Shown here in pieces: positions 23,488 to 34,200 of a stretch of DNA of 64,000 nucleotides. A program made the position numbers and the translations under genes. The notes beneath the pieces were generated by a model. The model was not told the origin of the DNA and made no database searches. It saw only the letters and a program-made list of their open reading frames with translations. Source of the stretch: Ascidiella aspersa (lineage: Eukaryota). Each line of letters begins with the position of its first letter. Position 1 is the stretch's first letter. The stretch lies in NCBI GenBank assembly GCA_963924565.1, contig OZ004610.1:27900001-27964000 (forward strand), written 5' to 3'.

Positions 23488-24881
23488 ATTGGTAGTCGTG
23501 CAGTCCTGTACGCCCTACAACATGAAATCCAACACTCAAAAAATAAAATGGTACCTCAATTCGACATATAAGATTTAGGTGTTATATCGCTAGTCTAAAT
23601 ATTACCATGACCATGAGCCAAAGTCTTAAAGGCCTATTTTAGTTGTTCGAAATATCGATTTAGCGCTAGAGGTTAGGTATGAAATAGGCCTTTTTCTGAG
23701 AGTAAGCAAATTATATTGATAAATCTGCAACAGAGTACATGACAAACTGCCAACTTGCTTAAAAAAAAATAATTATTTTGACCTATTGTTTAAACAGGTG
23801 TAATTCCTCTGCGATTTTTCTCTTCAGGATTGTATGAGCGGCAGGTGGGGCGTTCGACACTCTATTAAAACAAAATATGTCCGAACTTTAATTTAGGTCA
23901 CTTTAAGCAGGGCTACAAACTTCCTTCTTTATTTGATTATGTGGCGCGTTTGGATTGACAGGCCTTCCAAAAGCCTTATTACTTGAAAAGATAAAGCGTT
24001 TGTAAGCAGTCACAAGATGTTTGACCGCCGCGTAATGTCGCCAACGTGTTACGGATGACGTCTATAAGAAGTAAATTAAGAATCAAAGCGGATCCGTATG
24101 TTTTTAAGTTACAAAGGTTTTGGACACTTGATTACATAACATTTCACATACTGGCATCATGTTTCAGAGGAAAGATTTATTATTCATATAGGCATGGCGT
24201 TTAAAAGGCCGTTTCATTTCGGATTTAAGTGTGGATCTACGTTTAGTTAACTTAAATAATTCTACAAATGCAGATTTCAACTTGCAAGTTGGTAAAAGTA
24301 GTAATTGTGCGGAGTTAGTACGATGTCAATGGCAACAACCGACATATGGGTAAAGTATAAAATAGAAAATACGTTAATTTATGAATTAATGCTATTTGCT
24401 GATGGACAAAACAATTCCGTCCTGAAGCTAAATGGGTCCATGCAATAAAACTTTTTTAAGTTTTGGATTATTAATCAACTATACTGTCCTAGTCGAAGCA
24501 TATTTTTTCTTATTAACTTTCCATGACAATAACACATTTGCAAGCTGGTTTTCCTCAACAATAAATAAGTAAACTTGCTGTACCTCGTTTTTTTTTCATT
24601 TTACTTTTGAAATAAATACATTCTCGACTTGTAGTAATCAAAGTGTACATAACTCGACCACAAGGAAAATGAGAAACAGTTTAGTAAATTAATTATTAAC
24701 ACATATGTGTGCTTCATGACGTTATGCTACCTTGAAGAGAGCAAAACAATCATAAGAAAAGAAGGCTGGTGGTGGTCACAAGACACAATATGATGAGCAA
24801 CTCTTGTTTGCAGAACTGTGGTGAGCTTATAAACACAGTAGCAGTTTGTGTCTATATGGTGTTTATATTTTGAACTGAAAA

Positions 24882-25523
24882 ATGACTACACAGCAAACCC
24901 ACAGTGATTTGACGTTTCGTGTTATGACCATGGAAAATTTTGACATTGCGTATGAATTCGTTCTTAAAAACTACACCTACAATGAGCCTTTGCGTAAAAT
25001 GGTAACTGACCGATTAGAAACACTGCCTAAAATAGACCAAGAACGAGTGAAGTCAAAGCTTAAACATAACTGTTCTATTGGTGTATTTACCAAAGAAAAT
25101 GCTATGGTTGCTGCAGTATTTAATGGCATTTCGACCAAGTGTAATGCATCGTACTGCTGCTTTCATCCCAATATTAAAAAAGGCAATTGGCTCGAACTTA
25201 TCTCCGACCTTGTGAAGTACTTGGAGGGCAACCTTTTCGACGAGTTGGGCGTCAGCAAATTTATGATGACATCAATGCTTGCCGTCCATCCTGACTATCA
25301 AAAACGCGGCCTTGCCACTGACTTAATTCGCAGAAGTGAGGTCTTGGGACAAGACTTTGGGTGTGAATGCATCCTTACTGATGCATCCAGTCATTACAGC
25401 CAAATGGCATACAAGAAGGCAGGCTATACAAAGCTGAAGGAAGCTTTGTATTCTGAATACATTCCTGACTACAAAGCGGTACCCCCACACATGTCGGCTG
25501 CTATTTATTATAAAAACTATTAG
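24882..25523 (+). CDS. AANAT-like GNAT N-acetyltransferase
   Basis: Intronless 213 aa; YTYNEPL, LAVHPDYQKRGLATDLI (motif A), DASSHYSQMAYKKAGY; TATAAA at 24828. Confidence 0.9.
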   Translation: MTTQQTHSDLTFRVMTMENFDIAYEFVLKNYTYNEPLRKMVTDRLETLPKIDQERVKSKLKHNCSIGVFTKENAMVAAVFNGISTKCNASYCCFHPNIKKGNWLELISDLVKYLEGNLFDELGVSKFMMTSMLAVHPDYQKRGLATDLIRRSEVLGQDFGCECILTDASSHYSQMAYKKAGYTKLKEALYSEYIPDYKAVPPHMSAAIYYKNY

Positions 25524-25926
25524 GCCCTTAACTGTTTTATGATGTTCATGCAAAACATTATTATTAGCTTTCTTACAGAAAAAAATGAATTCCAATTCTG
25601 ATTGTTTAAAAGATATTACTGTATTTTATTTGTGTTTTTACTGTAATTGTTAATTGCAATTACACTTTTATAACTGTTTAATTTGATGTTATTTCCAAAC
25701 CCGCCTAGTAGTATTGTAAACAATAGTATATTAGATTACAAAAATACCTCACTCTTTGTCGATGCATTTTTTTAATGACTATTAGATTGTCATGAGTTCC
25801 AGCATCATTGCTGATACAAAGGCAGCATTGGTGTAATTTTGAGTTAAATACTGCCAAAAATGTTTTGAGGCCAAATGATAAATCATGCCTAATGTTTGTT
25901 TATAGATTTAAGTTTTCTTTAGTTAT

Positions 25927-26799
25927 ATGAAGTTGTTTAATTTTCTTTTGGGGTTTGTGATGGACAGCAACAGGAATTTCGAGAAAAGTATGAAGCGCTA
26001 TCAATGCAATTTGTTGCCAGAGCTTTTGGCCAAGGCAGTCAAAGAACTTAACGAGCCAGCATGTAATGACTTGCGTCTGGAAGCGATCGATTCTCTAAAA
26101 TCCGCCTTCGCTAAAACAACAACCGGATCGAAGCTGCCTCTGCAAAGTGATGAAACAGTACTCCGCTTTCTGAGAGCGAAGAAATTTAACCAGGAAAAGG
26201 CACTGGCCATGATGGAAAACTATCACAGGCAGAAAGAAGCATGGTCTGATGTGTTTGAAAAGGTCCGGGACCCAAGTAGAGTTAGAGGAACTTTGTCGGC
26301 AGGCTGCGTTGTTCCACTGTCAAAGCCAGCATTGGATGGATCAGCAGTTTTGTTTGGTTGTTTAGGTCGTCAGGAAAATATGCTCATGGTTGATATGATA
26401 GCCTGTGTTGTTCTAAGCTCGGAAAAGCTCCTCGAAAATGAAGCGACGCAAATTAACGGCATTACTGTTATAAACGATTTAACACACTTTGATTTAAATT
26501 TAGCCAAACAAATGACACCGGCTCTAAGCAAGCGGTTTATATCCCTGATGCAAGATGCAATGCCAATCCGACTTAAAGGCCTAATTTTTGTCAATGAACC
26601 GAAAATTTTTGACATTATTCTGGCTTTCAGCAAACCGTTTATGAAAGACAAAATGAAAAAGAGACTTCACACATACGGCACAAACTTCGTTAAGTTGCAC
26701 AAGTACATTGACAACAATTTCTTGCCAAAGGAGTATCTTGGCCAAGGCCCTGAACTTGATTCACAAAAATGGGTAGATTGCGTTTTCTGTGAATCATGA
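25927..26799 (+). CDS. CRAL-TRIO (alpha-TTP/clavesin/RLBP1-like) lipid-binding protein 1
   Basis: KAVKELNEP, LRFLRAKKF, QINGITVINDL, QDAMPIRLKG, LPKEYLG; the true start may be a downstream ATG (25960 or 25990). Confidence 0.9.
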   Translation: MKLFNFLLGFVMDSNRNFEKSMKRYQCNLLPELLAKAVKELNEPACNDLRLEAIDSLKSAFAKTTTGSKLPLQSDETVLRFLRAKKFNQEKALAMMENYHRQKEAWSDVFEKVRDPSRVRGTLSAGCVVPLSKPALDGSAVLFGCLGRQENMLMVDMIACVVLSSEKLLENEATQINGITVINDLTHFDLNLAKQMTPALSKRFISLMQDAMPIRLKGLIFVNEPKIFDIILAFSKPFMKDKMKKRLHTYGTNFVKLHKYIDNNFLPKEYLGQGPELDSQKWVDCVFCES

Positions 26800-27559
26800 G
26801 TTTCGTTTGATTTTTGTTTGACAGATTTCAACGTTACAGTTAGCAGTCACTGCCTGAAAACAATTTCACTGTGATATTATAACAGCATTTTCTGAAGGTG
26901 TCTAGACCGTTTTGTAAAGATTTCAAAACTACAATTGCACAATATGATAATGGTCAGCAAACAATTTTGTTCATCTTTTTATGTTGTCTATTTTTGGTAC
27001 GGATTGTAGAGGTACAACGTTTTGTGCAAAACTGTTTTTGCAGTGTTAATTCCTGTTTTGCCTCTTTTTCAGTTGGCTATAGTGTTACTTTGTTTAAGTT
27101 CTTTCAAATTAGTGAATTTCTTTTTGCTAAAGTGCTTTATGTACTTAAGAGTGTCATGATTTTGTTTGTTTGCATACACTAAGTCTGCAATTTACCACTG
27201 TTTAAGATTATTTTTCAATTATTTAGTTACCTTTCCATACTTTCTCCTAAGCACCAGCCTTTTTTATTAGGCACTAGCTTTTTACTAATTTGTTTAAAAC
27301 CTAAATTCTGGGTTTTGAATGAGATTCAAATGAAATAAGAAAAGAAAGAAAACAGCAATGAATACAACAATCACATTTTTTTGGACGTAATGTGCAATTT
27401 ACCCTTCTGGTATAGACATGAAGATAATTATGAAGAGGGTTTGCTAACAGACTGAAAAAAAATTTTCCGAAAAGATTGTTCATCATTTTTGACATAAGTA
27501 AGGTAGATAAAAAGTCACAGTCATAATTCCAATATCTTTTATTTCCACAGGTCCTTAAA

Positions 27560-28378
27560 ATGACTAGGTATGAATGTAAATTGTGTCCTGCTGTTCTGGC
27601 CAAGGCAGTTGAAGAGTTAAACGAACCAGAGGATAACGTCGAAAGATTGGCTGCAGTAGACAAGCTTCGTGAGGCATTCAAAGCAAATACAGACGAACTG
27701 AAACTCTTTCGCTCCGACGATGAATTCATTCTCCGCTTTTTGCGTGCGAAAAAATTCGACCAGAAAAGGGCCCTAAAGATGCTGATTAACTACCACGTAC
27801 AGAGGCAGTCGTGGCCAGAGGTGTTCGACAAAGTCAACAACCCAGCGCTGCTTACTCCTCTCATACAAGCGGGCTGCGTTTACGGCATTCGCAACGCTTG
27901 CAAAGATGGCAGCTCACTCTTCATGGGAAAACCTGGGAAGCAAAAAGACATGGTAATGACAGATTTCCTAGCCGGCCTCTTTCTGACTATCGAGAAGCTT
28001 CTAGAAAATGAAGAAATGCAGGTGCATGGCTTGACCGTCATTGAAGACATGTTCTACATGGACATGTCTGTCGCAAAACAGATGGGCCCGACATTTGCAA
28101 AGAGATTTCTTAGCATTTTGCAGGACTGTTTGCCTGTGCGATTGAAGAGTATAAATATGTTAAATGAGCCTACTCTTTTTGACGTCCTTTTCGCTATCGT
28201 CCGGCCTTTCATGAAGGAAAAAACCAAAAAACGTCTTCGCATACTTGGAACGCAGTTTGAGAAGCTGCATGAAAAAATTAATCCCTCTGTCTTGCCAGAA
28301 TCTTACGCTGGCACCGGGCCGGAGCAGGACATTGATGGATGGATGCACATACTTCTTGGTGGAGAAACTAATATTTAA
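27560..28378 (+). CDS. CRAL-TRIO protein 2
   Basis: 272 aa, DDEFILRFLRAKKF, QDCLPVRLKSI, LPESYAG; candidate 53-nt 5'UTR intron 27498-27550; AATAAA at 28407. Confidence 0.92.
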   Translation: MTRYECKLCPAVLAKAVEELNEPEDNVERLAAVDKLREAFKANTDELKLFRSDDEFILRFLRAKKFDQKRALKMLINYHVQRQSWPEVFDKVNNPALLTPLIQAGCVYGIRNACKDGSSLFMGKPGKQKDMVMTDFLAGLFLTIEKLLENEEMQVHGLTVIEDMFYMDMSVAKQMGPTFAKRFLSILQDCLPVRLKSINMLNEPTLFDVLFAIVRPFMKEKTKKRLRILGTQFEKLHEKINPSVLPESYAGTGPEQDIDGWMHILLGGETNI

Positions 28379-28537
28379 ATGTGCATTAATTTGCCTTGTA
28401 CATTTAAATAAAGATTTATTGTCATATAGAACATTTCAGGGACTTGTAGCACATCTTTGTACCAAAGAAATATTTGCACCGCTGTGTAGTGTTTTGTGGT
28501 GTGGTTTTCTGACTTTATGACAGCAATTTATCTAGAA

Positions 28538-28882
28538 CAGCGGTTCTCAACCAGTGGGCCATTGAAACTTTTTCGGTGGGCCACAGACCTATTTAAAAAA
28601 GCTAGATTTGTTGAATAATTTAGTTTAATTCATGACACTATACCTAATTATACAGGGATAATGGCTTGGGGAGGAATTGAGAAGGAATGTAAATGAGCGT
28701 AAATTTATTTTTCAGAAGCAAGCACCTCACTAATGCACGGTCGAATATATAATCTGTTTTGTTATATGCTCTGCTATTTTTTGTTCTAAAACTTTTTTAT
28801 AGTTTTTTTTTTTAAGTTGATTGGGCACAGAATTTTCGTGCAACGAAAATGGGCCACAAAAGAAAAAGGTTGAGAAGCACTG
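28538..28882. mobile_element. Charlie-type hAT MITE, TSD ATCTAGAA
   Basis: CAGCGGTTCTCAACC...GGTTGAGAAGCACTG with perfect 8-bp TSD; absent from the paralogous position near 30930. Confidence 0.92.
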
Positions 28883-29331
28883 ATCTAGAAAATTGACTTT
28901 TTTTAATGCCAATGAAAAGCCTCTCACAAACACTACACATAACAGTAAAACAATTTTGTTTTTAGTTATTTTACCTCCCACAACTTGCACCAGCCATGTA
29001 CTACCTATATTATATATTATATATTCCAGTTAAATTCATCTGGTTTGTCCCCAATCTGTTGTGTCATGATATTACACATTTTTATTCGCCTATATATTTT
29101 CTTTATTCAAATTACTTTTCACCTCAAAATACTAATATTGCTTACTTGCCTTTCCAAAACTTTTAACACACTTTTATGCAAAAAAAGACTTTTCCATCAA
29201 CATACAAGTACTACTTTACTGATAAGTATGAAAAATAATTGATTTATATGTTTGTGCATTTTTTTATATTTATGCGAGAATAATTAGGGTGAATGTTTTG
29301 TCATGTAGGCCGTTCTTTTAGTTTAAAAACA

Positions 29332-29491
29332 ATGGGTTATTTTTCGTTGATAAGTTTCGTTGCACTTTGCCTGGTTTCTTCTGCGTTTGCCTGCACGCCG
29401 GTAAATTGCACTCATGATGACCTAATTGGTACCTGGAACTTTTACTTTTCCGAGGGCGGACATGACAGAACACTGGACTGTTCAAAGCCAG
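29332..29491 (+). pseudogene. Orphan duplicate of cathepsin C exon 1
   Basis: Near-identical to 31288-31447 with intact ATG and donor but DTPANC changed to CTPVNC; no exon 2 follows. Confidence 0.9.
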
Positions 29492-29960
29492 GTTTTTATC
29501 ATTTTGTTTGTTAATAATATTAATATGTGTTTAAAACACCAAATTAGGACATCTGTACAAATTTAAATTTATGGCAATCCAACGTCTATTGAAGTGATAA
29601 AACAATTTAAATGAAAACCAACTTGTTTTTAGTCAAAATAATGCCTATTTTGTTGCTGAAACATTGTATGGAAATATGTTGTAATTTGCAGAAATCTAAG
29701 CGAAATCTATGTTTTTAATGCTCTAAATGAGGTATTGTTTTGTGAATTTAACAAAGTATATATTTCTAATAAATAACCTAAACAATTGTGGGTATAGTAG
29801 GCCAGCAAATATGGGTCTATACCCACTCTAAAATATCATCAATAAGTAATCATGCTATGTATTTTATTATCTGTATCTGTCCATTGGTTTAAATCCAGGT
29901 AAGGTGAATAAAATGTAACAGTAATAATTCCAATATCTTTTGTTTCCTCAGGTCCTTAAA

Positions 29961-30779
29961 ATGACTAGGTATGAATGTAAATTGTGTCCTGCTGTTCTGG
30001 CCAAGGCAGTGGAAGAGTTAAACGAACCAGAGGATAACATCGAAAGATTGGCTGCGATAGACAAGCTTCGTAATGCGTTCAAAGCAAATACAGACGACCT
30101 GAAACTATTTCGCTCCGACGATGAATTTATCCTTTGCTTTTTGCGTGCAAGAAAATTCGACCATAAAAGAGCTCTAAAGATGCTGATTAACTACCATGTA
30201 CAGCGGCAGTCATGGCCAGAGGTGTTCGACAAAGTCAACAACCCAGCGCTGCTTACTCCTCTCATACAAGCGGGCTGCGTTTACATGATTCGCAACGCTT
30301 GCAAAGATGGCAGCTCACTCTTCATTGGAAAACCTGGGAAGCAGAAAGACATGGTATTGACCGATTTCCTGGCTGGCGTCTTTCTGACTGTCGAGAAGCT
30401 TCTAGAAAATGAAGAAATGCAAGTGCACGGTTTAACAGTTATCCAAGACATGTTCTACATGGACATGTCTGTTGCAAAACAGATGGGCCCGACATTTGCC
30501 AAGAGGTTTTTTGGCATTTTGCAGGACTGTATGCCTGTACGATTGAAGAGTGTGAATATAGTCAATGAGCCTACTCTTTTTAACATCGTTTTTACTATTG
30601 CTTGGCCTTTCATGAAGGCAAAAACCAAGAAACGTCTTTCCATACTAGGAACGCAGTTTGAGAAGCTGCATGAAAAAATTAATCCCTCTGTCTTGCCAGA
30701 ATCTTACGCTGGCACAGGCCCTGATCAAGATATTGATGGATGGATGCACACACTTCTTGGTGGAGAAACTAATATTTAA
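29961..30779 (+). CDS. CRAL-TRIO protein 3 (tandem duplicate of protein 2)
   Basis: 272 aa from ATG 29961, closely similar to 27560-28378; acceptor at 29951, donor at 29899. Confidence 0.9.
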   Translation: MTRYECKLCPAVLAKAVEELNEPEDNIERLAAIDKLRNAFKANTDDLKLFRSDDEFILCFLRARKFDHKRALKMLINYHVQRQSWPEVFDKVNNPALLTPLIQAGCVYMIRNACKDGSSLFIGKPGKQKDMVLTDFLAGVFLTVEKLLENEEMQVHGLTVIQDMFYMDMSVAKQMGPTFAKRFFGILQDCMPVRLKSVNIVNEPTLFNIVFTIAWPFMKAKTKKRLSILGTQFEKLHEKINPSVLPESYAGTGPDQDIDGWMHTLLGGETNI

Positions 30780-31287
30780 AAGTGCATAAATTGGCTTTGT
30801 ACATTTAAATATAGATTTATTATTATATAGAACATTTCAGGGACTGTAGCACATCTTTGTACCAAAGAAATATTGCACCGCTTTGACAACATATTTTGTG
30901 TTGTTGTTTCCTGACTTTATAACAGCAATTTTTCTCAAAAATTAACTCTTTTAATGCAAATAAAAAAATCTTCAAAATCAATGCTTTCAAAAAATACTGA
31001 AAACAGTAAAGCATTTTTTTTATGTTGTACCAGCTATTTTACTTTTTTATTTACCTATCTTTTCTATATTTGATATACTTTTCACCTCAAAACACTAATA
31101 TTGTTTCCTTGCCTTTCCAAAACTTTTAACACACTTTTATGCAAAAAAGACTTTTCCATCAACATACAAGGACTATTTTACTGATAAGTATAAAAATATT
31201 TGTTATATATGTGTGTGTATTTCTATATTAATGTGAGAATAATTAGGGTGAATGTTGTTATGTAGGTCTTCTTTTAGTTTAAAAACA

Positions 31288-34200
31288 ATGAGTTATTTTT
31301 CGTTGATCAGTTTTATTGCACTTTGCCTGGTTTCTTCTGCGTTTGCTGACACGCCGGCAAATTGCACTCACGATGACCTCATTGGAACCTGGAACTTTTA
31401 CTTTTCCGAGGGCGGACATGACAGAACACTGGACTGTTCAAAGCCAGGTTTTTATCATTTTGCTGGTTTATAATAATAGATATTGGTTTGAAACACCAAA
31501 TCAGTACACCTTGCAAAAAATTGATTCATGGAAATCCAATGTATATTGAAGTGATAAAGCAATTAAATGAAAACTAATTCAGTTTTAGTCAAAGTAAGTC
31601 TTTATTTTATTCCTAAAACATTGTATGGACATTAGTTAAATTTTGCAAAAATCATAGCCAAATCTGCTTTCTAAATTCTGCCAAAAAGTTATATTTGTAA
31701 TTCATAACCTAAACAATTGTATAGTGGCCAGCAAGTACAGGCAAATGCCCACTTTAAGTTGTCATTAATAGATAATCATGTTATGTATCTCCTTATCTTG
31801 CTCAAAACTGTAATAAAAACATTGCCTAAATTTTTTGTGTGGCATTTTCTGCAGGGCCTGTTGCAACGGTAATCCCTTTCACACTGTCCAGCTATAACAC
31901 TGTGGTTAAAGAGAATGATGGTCAAAGGGGAAACTTTAACCTTGTGTACAACCAGGTTTGCAATAATAATATTAATAAAAATAATTCGGGCCAGTCATAG
32001 AAAATATTTGAAAAAAACTGTAATAATTTTTGTATTTTTTTTTGCAGGGATTTGAAGTAATAGTCGGCTACCGAAAGCTATTTGCCTTCTTTGAGTGGAA
32101 AAAAGTTGATGATAGCAGTTCTGTGTTCTGGTGCAACCGAACCATGTACGGCTGGGCACATGATGTGCTTGGAAACGATTGGGCCTGCTACATTGCCATC
32201 AAGCAGGAGCCAAAAGTACCCGGACAGGAGTTTACAGTGGCAAATTGGAATGGAAACGTGGTCAAAAACGTCTATTCCTCGCCAAGGTTTGCATCTCGCT
32301 GAAATATTTTACAAGTTGTGTTATTTCAATAAAAAAAAATTAGGGTAGTTCAAAAAGTTGTACCATCTACTCTACACAACTGTCCTAAATAATTTAAAAA
32401 TAAAAATGGCATGTTTGTTATTTACAGTGGTATTCCAAAACTTTTTAGTCTTTGACCCTTTGGAACTTCCTAAAACTTTTTGCGACCCTTGTTTAAAATT
32501 AATAAACAAAACATTCCTTAATGTTAAACTGATGTAGCCCTACTCCTAATTTCTCAAACTAATCATACCAACCCCAGTTTGCAAAACCCAGCTGTACACC
32601 ATTGCTTTGTTATATCCCTGACACAATAGAATGAAGCGATTATTTATTAAACAACAAATTTTTAACATATTATGACCATCTTCACGTTTTTCAGTGTTAA
32701 AAGTGTCCTGGAACTTCCCTATGAAAACGATGAAAAATTTATTTCCCAACTCAATGCTGCGCAGAGCTCATGGAAGGCTGGCAACTACCCTGACCTTGAC
32801 AAAATGACCTACAACCAAGTACTTAGAAGATCTGGATTTGGCAACGGGAAAATCAACAAGTAACCTATGTCTTGAGTACATTTAGGGGCAATTTTCACAC
32901 TTAAATGTAAACTGATCAAAAGGAAATTAAAGGTTTTTAAATACATATTTATAATAAATATAAATAAAACATATAAAATATAAACAAAATTTATTTTTAT
33001 TTTGGAGCCAATTTAATGCTTTATAAACTGTATTTCTGTACACCAGGGTTTCCCAAGCTTTTTACGTTGTGGCCCCTTTGAAAACTGGCCAGGTTGGGAA
33101 CCCCTGCTGTACACCATTTTGCGTGTTAAATTCTGGTCTATTTTTAGCTGCTTTTTATCCATTCTGACGAAATACAAGTTGTAAAATGGTTCTAATCTCA
33201 GTTATATAGACTTATATTTTAACTGACTGTCCGATTTTTTTATCACAGGCCAACCCACGTTGAAACGATGACGTTGGCCAAGCAAACTTACATCAAATCC
33301 AAACTTCCAGAGTCTTACGACTGGAGAAAGGTCAACGGAATGGACTTTGTTTCGCCTATCCGAAACCAGGTTAACACCAGTCAAGAAATTTAAAAAAAAT
33401 AATGCACGTAACGTTTGTATAATGGGCGCATCATTTTGCAAGACACGCGACCAAGTGTTTGCAGCTTTAACGGGTCGAAAATCTTAACCTTTAAAATAAG
33501 TCTTATTACTTTGCCTGAGGCGGTCAATTTATAAAATATACCCCTGATTACATCTATAAACAAACTATCGGTTTTTTATTTTGATAAAACATTTGCAAGT
33601 AGCCTTGAAAAAGCGTTTGCAAGCAACTTAACTGACATATGTAAAATGGATATCACACTTGTTGTGCAGGGACAAATAAAATAAGAATGCAATGTTTATT
33701 TATTTAATCTAGGTTACAGAGAACGATAATTCCAACTAATGAGTGTTGTTTAGTGCAATTAATTTTTTTGTGGTATTCACTTAGTATAAAGGCATTCTTC
33801 TGGGACGTTTTATTTGAGCGTTTTCAGACAAAGTAAAACCACATCTGTCAAAATGTAAAACATAGATTTTAATCGTAGAATGAATATGAAAGCCCATACA
33901 GAAGCAGGTGGCATTTTGTGAACTTTTAGAATATTTCTTTCTTTATTTTTAACACAGTGGCCATGATATTCAATCTATCTACATTCAACTACAACCTTTA
34001 GCTATTATGCTTCCAACAGATTTTACTGACATGTCACGTTTAAATACTATTAAAATCTAAAAACGTCAATTTCATTTTGTTGCCAGGCATTGTATCAAGT
34101 ATTACTTTTTATTGTGTTAGAATTAACGAGATTTTAAGAGGAATAACAAACAAACGACAGGCTTCTTTGCACTTGACAGTTTTCGTCACAAAATTTTAAC

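Noticed and set aside
15130-30779. Bacterial origin or contamination for the intronless GNAT and CRAL-TRIO ORFs
   Set aside because: They are interleaved with spliced genes and eukaryotic MITEs, CRAL-TRIO is a eukaryotic family, and splice and polyA signals flank them.
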